DNA of 64,000 bases from the human T2T-CHM13v2.0 reference genome, Homo sapiens: NCBI RefSeq assembly GCF_009914755.1, contig NC_060944.1; one strand, written 5' to 3'. This document shows positions 47,041-61,577 of this stretch, one piece after another. The notes under the pieces are model-generated. The model saw nothing but the letters and a program-made list of their open reading frames with translations. It was not told the DNA's origin and searched no databases. A program made the position numbers and the translations under genes. Numbering within the stretch: the stretch's first letter is position 1; each line of letters starts with the position of its first letter.

Positions 47041-47921
47041 CCCAAACAGATGCTGCCCCCAGGCTGCTCACTCTCTGCAACAGTTTTTCCCCCTCTCTCA
47101 GACAGAACGAGAAGCTCCCTCCCACTGCCGAGGAGGGAAGCAGAGCCAGCCCTGTCTCCTGCCTCCTGCAAGGTTGTGAATGTAGTAGTGTCAGCTTGCA
47201 GCAGGGCTGCGGGGCACTCTGTGAACACTGAATCCAGCCCCCTTGTTTTGCTGATGAGAAAAAGGAGGCTCAGAAAGGGGCAGTGATAGCTCTAAGGTCA
47301 CACAGCATTGCTATGGCAGATCCAAGATGAGGACTTGAGTCCCTGCCTCCTAGCCCAGGGTCTCTACCTGCACCATGCGCCCCACCTATAGGACCTGCTC
47401 TTGGCTAATGGAGCAAATAAGTCTGTGAATGAATGTTGGGTGTTTCAGGGCAAGTTACCCTTCCCTTCCCATGATCCACCAAACAGGAGGAGGTGTTTAT
47501 GTTCACTGTGAGGGTGGGGCATGAAGTACTCTAGGACACACCAGGGTGTGTGTGTGGTGTGTGTGTGTAATAAGTGATGCTAGAACTCATGTATTAACCT
47601 TCTGTGCTGGGGCTGTCTCCACAACAGCCCATTTCAACCTCACACTTGCATTCCTCACTTCACGGAAGCTAGAAATCAGAGAGAGCAAGTGACTTGTTCA
47701 AGGTCACACAGCAAATAAGCAGTAGAGCTAGGCTTCCAAGTCAAAGTCTGTCTGCCTCCAAAACCTGCCCTCATACCAGCAGCTAAGACACATTACCCCT
47801 ACTGTGTTCCAGGCACCATTCCACAGGGACTAAGGAATTTCATCCTCACAGCGGGCCTCCGAGGCAATTACTATAGGACTCCCACTGGATAAGAGGGGAA
47901 ACTGAGGCACAAAGAAGTAAA

Positions 47922-48346
<425 letters not shown>

Positions 48347-49052
48347 TTAACTTGTCCCAGGAGCCACCATCTCAGCTGTGGGTGGAGACATTGATGCTCA
48401 AGGGGAATGGGCCTTTCCTCTTTTGGGGATACCCTCCCTCTCCCCTGGACCAGAGTGGAAGGTGGGGAGGGAAGCATAAGAATGGGGCCACTTGCCATCT
48501 TGCCAGGGGATCTTGGACAAGCCCATCCTTCCTTCTGAGTCTCAGTCCACAGGCAGGGGGCAATAGGACTAGGTGATCTCTAACCATCTTCTAACTTAGA
48601 AATATTGGGCTGGGTCAGGAGCATGCCCCAGCCTCAAGGCTCTCTGGCAGCTTCTACCAGCTCAAATGTGTGTCTGGGAGCCCTTAGAAACATAAAGAAA
48701 GACTCAGGAAGGGGCAGGCCCAGAACTCCCTGGAAGGAGCCCTCAGGGCAGAGAGCACTGGTTTGGGAGTCAAGAACCTTGCTTCCAGTTTTAAGTCTGC
48801 TGCTGAATTGCTGTGTGACTTTGGGTAGATTACTTGCCATCTCTGGGCTTTAGTTTTCTCATCAAGAAAAATGGGGAGATACTGTTCTACCCTCCTCTAG
48901 GGGCTGTTGTGAGTTTCCAACCAGGCAACCAGATGAGGTGTTTGGGGGAAATAAAGGGCTCGACTAATGTTGGCAAGTTACTTTTCCCCTCACTTAGTAC
49001 CCCAAATAATTTGAGAAATTTAGCTGTTGATTATGATAATAATAAGAGTTTC

Positions 49053-49347
49053 TGACCAGGCACGGTGGCTAACATCTGTAATCCCAGCAGTTTGGGAGGC
49101 TGAGGTGGCCAGAGCACCTGAGGTCAGGAGTTGAAGACCAGCCTGACCAACATGGCAAAACCCTGTCTCTACTAAAAATACAAAAATTAGCTGGGTGTAG
49201 TGGTGACAGCCTGTAGTCGGGAGGCTGAGGCAGGAGAATCGCTTGAGTCCAGGAGGCAGAGGTTGCAGAGAGCTGAGATTGCGCCACTGCACTCCAGCCT
49301 GGGCAATAGAGCAAGACTCTGTCTTAAAAAAAAGGGGAAAAAAAAAA
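49053..49347 (+). mobile_element. Alu
   Basis: Alu consensus; TSD-like a(g)agtttctg. Confidence 0.95.
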
Positions 49348-49818
49348 GTTTCTGTGAATTTCCTGGCCAGATCTACTCCTAGGGGCCAGGCTGAGTGCTC
49401 AACTGTGATAACGACGATCACAAATTGAGTGCCAATAATTTGTCCCAGACACTGGGTTGGTACTGTTAATACTATCATTTTTAAAATAAGAAAACTGAGG
49501 CCCAGAAAGTTTAAGGACTGCCCACACTCACACAGCCAGGAATCCTATCCCAGATGTGTCCAGCTGTCAAATCCAGCCCCTTAGCCACCAGGCAGCACTG
49601 CCCTTTGTCCCCCAAGCAGAACTGCGCTCCTCCCTCCACCAGGCACATGCCCCTGGGAGATATCCCCCCAAACCCAGGTGCCCAAGAATGGGCTGAAAGC
49701 AATCGTGTCCCCTCCTGTGTGTGACCTCTGACCTCCCTCCCCGCACACCCCCGCCCCACCTGGGCAGAGTGTCCCCTGTGTCCGCCCGCCTTCCCCGCTC
49801 TGACCCTGGCGCCTGCAG

Positions 49819-50011
49819 GTGCGGCTGGTGATCGCCGAGAAGGGCCTGGTGTGCGAGGAGCGGGACGTGAGCCTGCCACAGAGCGAGCACAAGGAGCCCT
49901 GGTTCATGCGGCTCAACCTGGGCGAGGAGGTGCCCGTCATCATCCACCGCGACAACATCATCAGTGACTATGACCAGATCATTGACTATGTGGAGCGCAC
50001 CTTCACAGGAG
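49819..50011 (+). CDS. GDAP1L1: GDAP1L1 coding exon 2 (193 nt; VRLVIAEKGL...ERTFTG, GST-N domain)
   Basis: Acceptor ctgcag|GTG at 49818/49819, donor GGAG|GTACGG at 50012; in frame with exon 1; 'WFMRLNLGEEVPVIIH...DYDQIIDYVE' GST-N signature. Confidence 0.97.
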
Positions 50012-50479
50012 GTACGGCTGCCTCCCCACCCAGGGGCCCACTCCATACCACAGATCCTCAGGGGTCCCCACAGGCTCAGACGGGGTCCCAGAACTTTGGG
50101 AAGTCTGGGAAATTCACTGGAGCCATGGGCAAGGCCCAGTCTCCCCAAAAAGGAGCCACAGAGCCACAGGCAGGGTTCAGATGCCCCCAGAGCCCCAGAG
50201 CCACAGGCATAGCTACTGATCCATACAGAGACCTCCCCTCCCCTGGTACTGTAAGGGCATGACCCAGACACCCCCCCACCAGGAGCAGTGGGGCTATAGC
50301 CCTTTCCCCCGAGCTCTAGAGTCACAGGCATGGCCCCTTCAGCATGAGTGGCCCCAGACCACCCTCTAGGTCCCCACAGACAGGGTCCAGATCTCCCAGG
50401 GGTTACAGGGCAAGGACAGGGCCCAGCTCCCTCTGGAACATAGATTCCCTAGGACCCCATAGGAACCTGAAGACATGTT

Positions 50480-50640
50480 CCCAGACGCCCCAGAACCCTG
50501 AGACAGGGGAAGGCCCAGACACCCCAGAACCCTGAGACAGGGGAGGGCCCAGATACCCCAGAACCCCATGGACAGGGGAGAGCCCAGACACCCCAAAACC
50601 CCGCAGGCAGAGGAGGGCCCAGGTACCCCAGAACCTCGCA
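50480..50640 (+). repeat. GC-rich minisatellite, 34-35 bp unit, ~4.5 copies, in GDAP1L1 intron 2
   Basis: Unit cccagacaccccagaaccctgagacaggggagg starting at 50480, 50514, 50548, 50583, 50618. Confidence 0.9.
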
Positions 50641-51099
50641 GAGACCCCGTCCTCTCCCCTCGTAGGCCCTCCTCAGGCTCAGGAACTTACTGCCCATTGC
50701 ATAGGCTCAGACACCCACTGGGAGGGCATCAGGGCCCAGACATGCACTGTTTTAAAAGAATGTGAGTTGGTTGCCAACATTTAAAAGTCAAGGGGACCCA
50801 AGCATTGAGCACCCAGGTTGCAGCTTCTCTTGAATCCCGCAACACTGGGTCTAGGACCCCGCCTGGCAGCAAGTCTGGAGCTGAGAGGAGCTAACCCTCG
50901 GGGACAGCTTGGCAGAGCCCAGTGAGGAGAGATGGCCGGGCCACCACTAGAATCCCCTGTCCGCCAGCAGCCAAGCCCGAGCATGGGGGTGCCCAGGGCC
51001 TCTGGGCAGAGACATCTTGGGGCTCAGGGATGCCGGGGGCAGGTGGCCGGGGCAGGTGCCCCTCTGGCTTCCCTGCCCAGCCCCTGGCGGTGCCCACAG

Positions 51100-51273
51100 A
51101 GCACGTGGTGGCCCTGATGCCCGAGGTGGGCAGCCTGCAGCACGCACGGGTGCTGCAGTACCGGGAGCTGCTGGACGCACTGCCCATGGATGCCTACACG
51201 CATGGCTGCATCCTGCATCCCGAGCTCACCACCGACTCCATGATCCCCAAGTACGCCACGGCCGAGATCCGCA
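51100..51273 (+). CDS. GDAP1L1: GDAP1L1 coding exon 3 (174 nt; EHVVALMPE...YATAEIR)
   Basis: Acceptor ccacag|AG, donor CGCA|GTGAGT at 51274; phase 1-1; 'LLDALPMDAYTHGCILHPELT' GDAP1-family motif. Confidence 0.97.
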
Positions 51274-51294
51274 GTGAGTGCCAGGGCGGCGAGA

Positions 51295-51640
51295 CAGCCC
51301 CTCTGCTTTCCCCCTTTGCGCCGCTCCTTTCTTCCAAAGGATGTCCTCCCTCTCCTGGGCCTCTCTCTGTCCTCCCCTTCCTCCTCCTTCTCTCCCTCTT
51401 GCATTCTCCATTTGTCCCCGCCTCTCTCTGAGTGCTCGGGGTTGGTTTCTCACTCTGCTGGTCTCTCTCTCTCTCTCTTGCTCTTTCTCTCTGTTCCTCT
51501 TGCTTGCCATCCCCTTCACCCCCGACTTCCCGGCCTTCCATCTCATTCACCCAGTTTCTAACAGAATATGTCTCTCTCCCTCTCTGCCAGTCTCGCTCCC
51601 ATCCCCCTCCCCTGTCCCCTACTCTTGTCCTGCCCCCCCC
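51295..51640 (+). repeat. Polypyrimidine (CT-rich) low-complexity tract directly after exon 3
   Basis: Very few purines over ~350 bp, including (CT)n at 51462-51478. Confidence 0.8.
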
Positions 51641-52129
51641 ATACACAGACTATGGGGCTGTCTGTCCCCACAAGGTTTGTTCTCCCCGCACGAGTTTCAG
51701 CCTTAGACAGTCAGGGCTGTGCTTCGTGGCCAAGGGCTCTGAGTGACCTCAGGGTTAGGATTACCAAGGAAGACTACCCAGATGTGGCAAGGCCCCCAGT
51801 GAGGTCTCAGATTGAAGGTTACCCATGAGCATGTCCTGTCCTAATGGCCAGCCTGGACATGCTCACAGCCTACTTCATCCTTTTGTATCTGACACCCAGT
51901 GAATGGGTGTTGGATTAAATCAGATAATCCCTCAGCAGCTGTTTACAGACTACGATCCAGGCTTTGAACAAACACCATGGGGTCCTACAGCCAAAAGACA
52001 CCTGAAGATTCTTAGTAGATAATAGGTGCTCAGTGAATGGTCATGTCGTCCCCCTCAAAGGAATGTGGCTAATGTTCAAAGGCAGGGTTGGGGCGGTGTT
52101 AGGTTGTAGAACTCAACCCTGTCCCTTGA

Positions 52130-52462
<333 letters not shown>

Positions 52463-55364
52463 AAGACTCAGGATTTACCTGTACATCCGGCTCCCAGCAA
52501 CAGCCCCCTCAACAACATTTATGAGGCCCTGGGCAGGGGACTGGGGACAAACAGGAATAGACACAGCTTCTGCCATCCCAGGGTCAAGTTCCATGGAAGG
52601 AAAGACAAGTCACCAGCCAATTACAGTGCAGAACTAAGTGCGTTTGAATGCGCTCTCAGGAGGGCGGCCTGGTACTCTATGTCAAACATGAGAAAGCCCA
52701 CATCTTGGAGATTACCCTGCAGTTACACTTGAACATATGCACCAAGAAGTATGAACAAAGGTATTCACTGCAGCACAGTTGGCAAGAGCAAGAATATCGC
52801 TGGAAATTACCCAGCTGTCATGAATTGGGAACTGGGTAAATAAGTTATGGGTACTTCCATACAACGGAATACTGTGCAGATGTTTTTAAAAATTAATAGG
52901 TGTATGGAATGCTTCCTAAGATATATTAGTGAGTAGAAAAAAGTGAAGGGCAAAAAAAAAAAAACAACATCTAGTGTGCTCTCATTAGTACTCAGAATGA
53001 GGTTAAATGGACACACAGGTGCTTGCACTGCAAGGAGTATTTCTGGAAGGATACACAGAAGCTGCCAATAGTTTGTGTCTTTGGGGAGCAGAACTAAGAG
53101 ACTGCAGCTGCAGAGGACAGAGATTTACTTTTATAGTACATTCTTCAATCTTGTTTGAATTTCAACAATATACATGTATATCCTGCTCAAAAATAAATTC
53201 GTTTAAAAACGTTTAATCTGGTGCCCATGAGTGTTATGAGCAGGAGATCAGGGAGGTTCTGGGCATACACGATGTCCACCCCAGCCTCCGGGGCCACAGA
53301 AGCCTTCCAAAATGCAGCAGCGACCGAGGATGTGTAGCAGGTAGAAGGGGAGAAAGAGGGAGAATTATTTCACATTCTGGAGTAGGACAGGGTGTATTGT
53401 TTTTGGGGAATGGAGGAAGCTCAGTGTGGTGCAAGTGTAGCCCAAGGTGGGGTGGAAATGGTCGTGGTGTGTGTCTGGGGAGGAGGGTCTGGCAGAATTT
53501 GGATTTTGTCCAAAGAGCAGTGGAGAAACGGTGATGGGAAGTGACGTGGTCAGATCTGCATTTTACGAAGATCTCTCCTCTGAGGGAAGAATGAACGGGG
53601 TAGGCCCTGGCTGTTGGTAGGCAGGGTCCTGGCCAAGGGCTGGAGGCAGTCCCCAAGGGCTTCTGGGAATTAGGGGCACTCTCCCTCAATCTTGCCCTGA
53701 GCCATTTGAAGGTGCCTAGAAGGCACTGGGAGTCCAGAGCAGACCCAGCCCACCCCCTCTCTCCCCATCTTTCTCTGAGGAGGCAGAGAGGATCTCAGGG
53801 CTCCAGCCCAGCTGGGGGATGAGAGGAGGGAGGTCCCAGAGTGCAGAAGGAGTAGAAGCCAGCCTGCAGCGACCCCTTAATCAGTCTCAAGTCTTCTCTT
53901 GGGGTGGCCTGCCCTCCTGGAGTCTGAAGCCACCACATGGGCAGCGCTGGGTGACACGCAAGAAAGATGCTGTCCTTGACCTTCACATTCATAAAACATC
54001 AATGAGACTTAATATAGCCCTGAAGCTGAATGATCTGGGAGTGCGTTTACTGGGATTTGTGTCAGGACAGGAGATGGGGCAGTAGGTGGTGAAATCTCAG
54101 ATGACAGAAGCTAAACAACCTAAGTCACTCACTCATTTCATTCATTCATTCATTCAACACTCACTGAGCTCCTGCTCTGTGCCAGGCCTGTGTTGAGTTT
54201 TAAGGGAACAAAGATGAATCTGACATAGCCACTGCTCTCCAGAAGCTCAAGTGTTAGAGGGAGACATACACATTCAGTGATAACTACGTTAGCACCAAAA
54301 TCTCCATGTACAGCAAGCAGGCAGGTTGTGGACTCAAGCCCAGGAGGGCTCTTTTCATATAGACAGCAAGGTTAATGGAGTTGTGAATGGCAGCTCTGAT
54401 TAGCGTGTTTGCGTTCCCTGGCAGAAGTCTGTAGGGCGTAAACTGGGGAACAAAGACATTGAGCGGGCAGACCTCCTACAGGATCAGGAAGGGCTTCCTG
54501 GAGGAGGAAATCTTTAGCTGAATCTAGAAGGAAGCTTTCAGGAAAGGAGGATAAGGCTATTTTAGGAAGAAGTAGTAGTATGAGCAGAAGCCTGGAGGTG
54601 TGGAGTGGTCTGGCACATTCAGGGAACAGCAAGCATGTACAGTGGCTGAAATGTACATATTGGGACAGGAACAGTTGGGAAAACTCAGTGAAAGATGGAG
54701 TAGGTGAGAGGGAGGGCAAGTGGATCCTGAAGGCTCTTTGAAGGCAAGTTGAGGAGCTAGGATGTTATCCGAGGGCAGTGAGGAGCCAGGGATGGGTTTT
54801 AAACAGAGTGGCATGGTCAAGTGTGTGAAGAAGATATCTCTGGTAGGGGTGGGGAGAAGGGCCTGTAAGGGAGAGAGGGGAGGTGACAGAGGGTGGGTGA
54901 AACCATCTAGGTGAGACATTAATGGGGTCTGAACTAAGAGAGAGTCAGTTAAATGGAGGAGGTTAAATGTGAAAAAATATGAGAAAGATGGAGGAGGAAG
55001 AATCAACAGGACCTGGGAATGACTTGATGTGGGGTGAGGTAGTGGGAGGAGCTGAGGGCAAATCCAGGAATCTGGCTGGGCTTTGTGTTGGGGAGGGGAT
55101 GCTGCAATTTGGGAAGAATGCAGGGGGAGAAGCAGTGAGGCAGGGAAGATGACCAGGTCTAGGGTTGGGTCTATCGGTTTCTGGCATCTACTACTCGTCC
55201 TCAAGGGTACAGTCTCCTCCTCCGTGAGGTCTCTCAGCCCCTTGTGCCCCAGGCAGGCAGCCCCTGGGTCCCTATGCCTTGTGTTCACTCTTCCCTACAG
55301 TTTACTCATGCTGTACCATAGAGTTTATTTTTATTTTTTTTAACTGTGTATTTTATAATATTGC

Positions 55365-55670
<306 letters not shown>

Positions 55671-55895
55671 AGATTTCTTTATGTGCCTATCTCTCCCACC
55701 AGCCTGAGCTCAGGGCAGGATGGCATCTCATCCATCACTACGGCACAGCCTGCAGTGCTCCCTAAGTGTTGGCTGTCGACAGTATTACTCTTCTGACCAG
55801 TGTTTGGATGGGGCCTACTTCAAGTTGTGTAAGGCAGGTGATGGGGGAGCAACCAAGGTATCAGAGGGATGGGACCTTTCCTATTATCTCCCCAG

Positions 55896-55993
55896 GACAT
55901 TTAGCCAATGCCACCACGGACCTCATGAAACTGGACCATGAAGAGGAGCCCCAGCTCTCCGAGCCCTACCTTTCTAAACAAAAGAAGCTCATG
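55896..55993 (+). CDS. GDAP1L1: GDAP1L1 coding exon 4 (98 nt; RHLANATTDLMKLDHEEEPQLSEPYLSKQKKLM)
   Basis: Acceptor tctccccag|GA, donor ATG|GTGAGT at 55994; phase 1-0 continues the frame. Confidence 0.96.
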
Positions 55994-56214
55994 GTGAGTA
56001 CCTCCCGGCCTGCTGAGTCCCCTTCCCTACGAGCTCTTCCACGGAAATGAACAATAGGAGAAACTAAGTAGAAGATCAGCTGATGATATGAAATGGAAAA
56101 GCCCCTGGCTTGCTTTTCCAATCCTGTCCCCTGCCATTTACTAGCTGTTAGACCTGGGGTAAGCCACTGCTGCCCTCGGGCCTCAGTTTCCTCATGTGTT
56201 AGGTTGTGTCTTTA

Positions 56215-56658
<444 letters not shown>

Positions 56659-57110
56659 TCAATTGATTCCACAGGAAGCTCTGGAGCACAAATGGCACCA
56701 CAAAGGTGATCAACCTTGAAGTAAGGGGCCAGCCTTTTATCCCCTCATATCAGTGGGACATTGGCTACAGATTGTTGGAGGGAGGGGTGCGGGCCGGTAA
56801 CCTCCCAGGTATTTGTGGGCAATGCAGCTCCTTATTGGCTGAGAGAAGGGGCAGCTGTGAGCCACTAGCAGCCAGCCCTCCCAGCATCTGGGTGTAAGAA
56901 TGTACTAGGGATCTAGGCAGGACAGCCAAGCTCACAGGACTGTTGTAGGCACCAGATGAGGGTGCTTCATAACGGGGGGGCATCCTATACACTTGGGGGG
57001 CATTTGGAGGCTGGGTTTGCAGAAGAAGTTCAGCAAAGCTCCTTCCATCCCTGAACATCCTGGCTCTATTGAGGCCAACTCAGCTTCTCTTGGCCCTGTC
57101 CTGCCCCCAG

Positions 57111-57225
57111 GCCAAGATCTTGGAGCATGATGATGTGAGCTACCTGAAGAAGATCCTCGGGGAACTGGCCATGGTGCTGGACCAGATTGAGGCGGAGCTG
57201 GAGAAGAGGAAGCTGGAGAACGAGG
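57111..57225 (+). CDS. GDAP1L1: GDAP1L1 coding exon 5 (115 nt; AKILEHDDVSYLKKILGELAMVLDQIEAELEKRKLENE); last exon is beyond the window
   Basis: Acceptor ctgcccccag|GCC, donor GAGG|GTGGGT at 57226; phase 0-1; GST-C helix. The C-terminal 'WLCG..FTLAD' and TM exon were not found in the window. Confidence 0.96.
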
Positions 57226-57582
57226 GTGGGTGCCAGCCCTGGGGGAGGTGGGGGCTGCAGCCCACCCAGCCTACTCTTCCCCTGCCCAGTCTCAGCCTCT
57301 TTTTTCCGCAAAAGTCTCAGAGGACCTCCCAGGTGGTTAAGAGGATGGGCTATGGAGTCAGACTAAGGTTCAAGTCATAACTTGGCCACTTCCTAGCTTA
57401 GTAAATGTGGTCAGGTTCTCCCCTCTCTGAAATTCAGTTTCCCATCTATAAAATGGGGATAATAGTAGGACCTGCCTCAAAGAGCTGTTGAGACATTGTG
57501 TGAAATAATACACGTAGAGTGCTTAGATCAGGGCTTAGCACACAGTAGGTGTTTAATAAAGGTAGGTGAAGATGATGTTAAG

Positions 57583-57721
57583 AGGCAGCTCATAGATGTC
57601 ATGGTTAGGGCCAGAACTTGTTCCCTCTCGATGGGTCCAGTGTTGTTTCCAGCATGTCACAACTGATACCACAAGCACAAGACCTTATGTCCCGAACAGA
57701 GACATCATCATGCATACTGAA
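57583..57721 (+). repeat. 139-bp direct duplicate of 58468-58606 (derived copy)
   Basis: aggcagctcatagatgtc...catcatgcatactgaa; 2 mismatches in 139. Confidence 0.95.
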
Positions 57722-57726
57722 TACTC

Positions 57727-57761
57727 GGTTGCTCCCCCATCACCTCCCTTACACAACTTGA
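57727..57761 (-). repeat. 35-bp inverted copy of 55820-55854
   Basis: ggttgctcccccatcacctcccttacacaacttga is the reverse complement of tcaagttgtgtaaggcaggtgatgggggagcaacc (34/35). Confidence 0.93.
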
Positions 57762-58467
57762 TGGCCACTACCCACCACACCATCCCACTTGCCCTGCCCA
57801 AGAATGCATTATAGCTCCTTCGTGCTCCAGCCAGACATCCAAGCTCACCCAGACTCTCGTTGACCTTGACTCTTCCTGCTCCCAGCTGGGCCTCTAAACT
57901 TGGACATGCCAGCTTCATTCTACCTCCATGCTTTTGCTCCCACAGCCCCTCCCTCCTGGAGCACCCTTCCTACACCACTCCACTCCATTTTGCCTGTTGC
58001 ACACCATCTTTGCCACAGCCCTTCTTCAAATCTCATTCTGAGCTTCCCATCTTGCTCCGTTTAAGACCTGTGATGAGTCTTGTCTCCTGAACAATGCAAA
58101 TTTATGGTGCATTTGCAACAGCCTCCTGCACATGCATGGCTATGTGTATGGGAAGGCCGTAGAGCCCAGGGTCTAAACAGATGGGGTTAGAGTAAGAAAA
58201 ACTTGAAATAGAGTTCCAGCTTTGCTGCCTCAAATATGTAACCTTGGACAAGTTGCTTTCCCTATTGAAGCCTCAGTTTCCTCATCTATAAGATGGGATG
58301 GTAATAATACAACTTAACCTTGTCTTGCTGGACTCTTGTGAAAATTCAATATACTCAGCACACTGCCTGTCCCATTACTAGTTTAATACATATGGCAGCT
58401 AAAGGGACACACATTCTCCAGATGAGAAAACTGAGGCTCAGAGAGATGAAGTGAGTTGCTCAAGGTC

Positions 58468-58606
58468 AGGCAGCTCATAGATGTCATGGTTAGGGCCAGA
58501 ACTTGTTCCCTCTCGATGGGTCCAGTGTTGTTTCCAGCATCTCACAACTGATGCCACAAGCACAAGACCTTATGTCCCGAACAGAGACATCATCATGCAT
58601 ACTGAA
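58468..58606 (+). repeat. 139-bp direct duplicate (probable source copy, contiguous with a MIR)
   Basis: Matches 57583-57721; continues the upstream MIR core gatgagaaaactgaggctcagagagatgaagtgagttgctcaaggtc. Confidence 0.95.
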
Positions 58607-58692
58607 GCCAGCTGCCTTAAATCATTTCTGGAAACAAAGCCTGGTATGACTAAGTGAGTAAAAAAAATAACGCACCTCAAAGGGGAACTTTT

Positions 58693-58998
<306 letters not shown>

Positions 58999-59169
58999 GG
59001 AACTTTCCTGTTTCTATCCTAACGGTAGCTAAGGGGAGCTGTTGCAGAGTTAATGGCTCTGAGGGGCCAAAAGGCTTGGTAGTTCAGAGATGGGCCTTTG
59101 GGGGACAGAGTCCCAGCTCTGCCATGCTCTCGGTGGGTGACCTTGGACATCAAGTATATGTTATTCACT

Positions 59170-59800
59170 TATGCATTAGTTTCTTAGGACTTCCATAACA
59201 AAATACTACAGACTGAGGGGCTTAAACAGCAGAAACCTATTGTCACACAGAGCTGGAGGCTAGACATCTCAGATCAAGGTGCCTGTGGGGTGAGTTTCTC
59301 TCGAGGCCTCTCTCCTTGGCTTGTAAGTGGCTGCCTTCTTGCCGTGTCCTTACATGGCCCTTCCCCTGTGCTGCACATGCCTGGTGTCTTTGAGTCCAAA
59401 TTTCCTCCTATAAATACTTTAGTCTGATTGAATGAGGACCCACCTTAAGCTCTTCATTTTAAGGTAATTATCTCTTTAAAAGCCCTGTTTCCAAATACAG
59501 TCACATTCTGAGATTTTAGGAGTGTCCAATCTTTTGGCTTCCTTGGGCCACATTGGAAGAAGAGTAACTGTCCTGGGCCACACATAAAATATGCTAACAC
59601 TGACGATAACTGATGAGCTTAAAAAACATCGCAAAAAATTCTCAGAATGTTTTAAGGAAGTTTATGAATTAGTTTTGGGCCACATTCAAAGCCATCCTGG
59701 GCTGCATGTGGCCCGCGGGCTGCAGGTTGGACAAGCTTGCTCTAGAGCTTAAGGCTTCAACATGTGAAGTTTGTGAGGGTCACAGTCCAGCCCAGAAAAA
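59170..59800. mobile_element. MLT1-type MaLR LTR containing a MER30 (~59518-59740)
   Basis: tgcattagtttcttaggacttccataacaaaatactacagact...; MER30 gtgtccaatcttttggcttccttgggccacattggaagaaga...ggttggacaagcttg. Confidence 0.8.
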
Positions 59801-59980
59801 TCTATATATTTAATAGAGCTTACTGTGTGTCAGGCCCTGTTCTAGGTGTTTCACAGATTTCAACTCACTTAATCCCCATAACAACCCCAGGAGGTGGGTA
59901 ATATCAGCGATCCTGTTTAACAGATGAGGATCCTGTTTAACAGAGGAGGAAGCACTGGCTCTGGGCTCTTTCCTGTTCTA

Positions 59981-60455
<475 letters not shown>

Positions 60456-60990
60456 CTAGGGTGGATGGTTCTGGAGAATAGCCTCAGACATGCATTCCTT
60501 GTGGGATTCCTAGGCTGGGACCCTACTGCTGACCGCTGTCCTGAGGTCTTCTGAGAGGAGACAGCATTGCACTGTCCCATGGTGAGATAAGTGGGGTTGC
60601 TCAAGATGGAGAGGTGTCGACAGTCCTTGCATCCCTCTGGGGCTGGGGGAGGTAGCAGAAGCCCCAGGGAAGTGGTTATGGATTTTAAAGGTCTGACTGG
60701 CTGGGCCCACATGGCCTCGGTTGCTCATCCAGGTTCCCTGAACCTGACTGGGTTAAACACTTTTATGCCTTCCATTTCTTCCCTCGTGGGCAGAGCCCAG
60801 TGTTGGAAGGGATTTTAATGTCACAGTTGAGACCCCTTGCATAGAGCCAGATGGCTTTGATGCAGATTCCTGATCAACCACCTCCTAGCTCTGTGACCTT
60901 GTGGAACTCACTTCATCTCTCTGAGCTCATCTGCAAAATGTTGATAGTAATAGAATCAAACTCATAGCAGGGTTGCTGGTGGAAGATTTG

Positions 60991-61207
60991 TTAAGATAGT
61001 AAATGTTGAGTATTTTGCACAGTGCCTGGCTCAAGGTAAAATGTTCTAAAAATAATCATTATTACCATTCTCTTTCATTCATGTATTCAAATATTTATTG
61101 AACACCTACTAGATGGTAGGTCCTAGGGATAAACTAATGAGTAAAACTCAGACCTCATTCTTGGTTTCATGGAGTTTGCAGTCTTACAGAGGAAAAAGAC
61201 ATTAGTC
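60991..61207 (+). repeat. ~215-bp direct duplicate, copy 1 (spans a MIR/L2 junction)
   Basis: ttaagatagtaaatgttga...ggagtttgcagtctta aligns collinearly with 61756-61971, roughly 85% identical by eye. Confidence 0.85.
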
Positions 61208-61577
61208 AAATAATCCCATAAGTAAACACAGAATTGCACACAGCGATAAGTGTTAAGATTGAGAGTAAATGAGCAGGATAAAGTGGATAAAGTTTCCCTG
61301 AGAAGGTGATATTCAAAGTGAGACCTGAAGGATGAGAAGGAGCCTGGAGAAGAATCAGGGCAGATATGACCCAGACTGAGGGATGCCATGGAGTGGGAGA
61401 GAACTGGGAACTCTTCAGGAATGGTCTGCTGTGTGGGGAGTCCTCGGGAAAGTGGTGGGAATGAGGGGAGAGCTGGAGCGGGTGAGGTGAGATCACGGGC
61501 CTCAGAGCCTACATTTACAAGTTTGGATTTTATACTAAGTACAATGGGAAGTCCCTGGAGGGCTTTGAGGAGGGTAT

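Noticed and set aside
50480-50640. Regularly spaced ~34-bp repeats superficially like a CRISPR array
   Set aside because: Eukaryotic intron, head-to-tail units with no unique spacers, no cas genes; it is a minisatellite
54125-54160. (TCAT)n cluster resembling NOVA YCAY sites
   Set aside because: Typical 3' tail of an L2 element, far from any exon
54557-55288. 243-aa minus-strand ORF in intron 3
   Set aside because: Pro/Leu/Ser-rich reading of purine-rich L2-like remnant sequence; no domain or splice support
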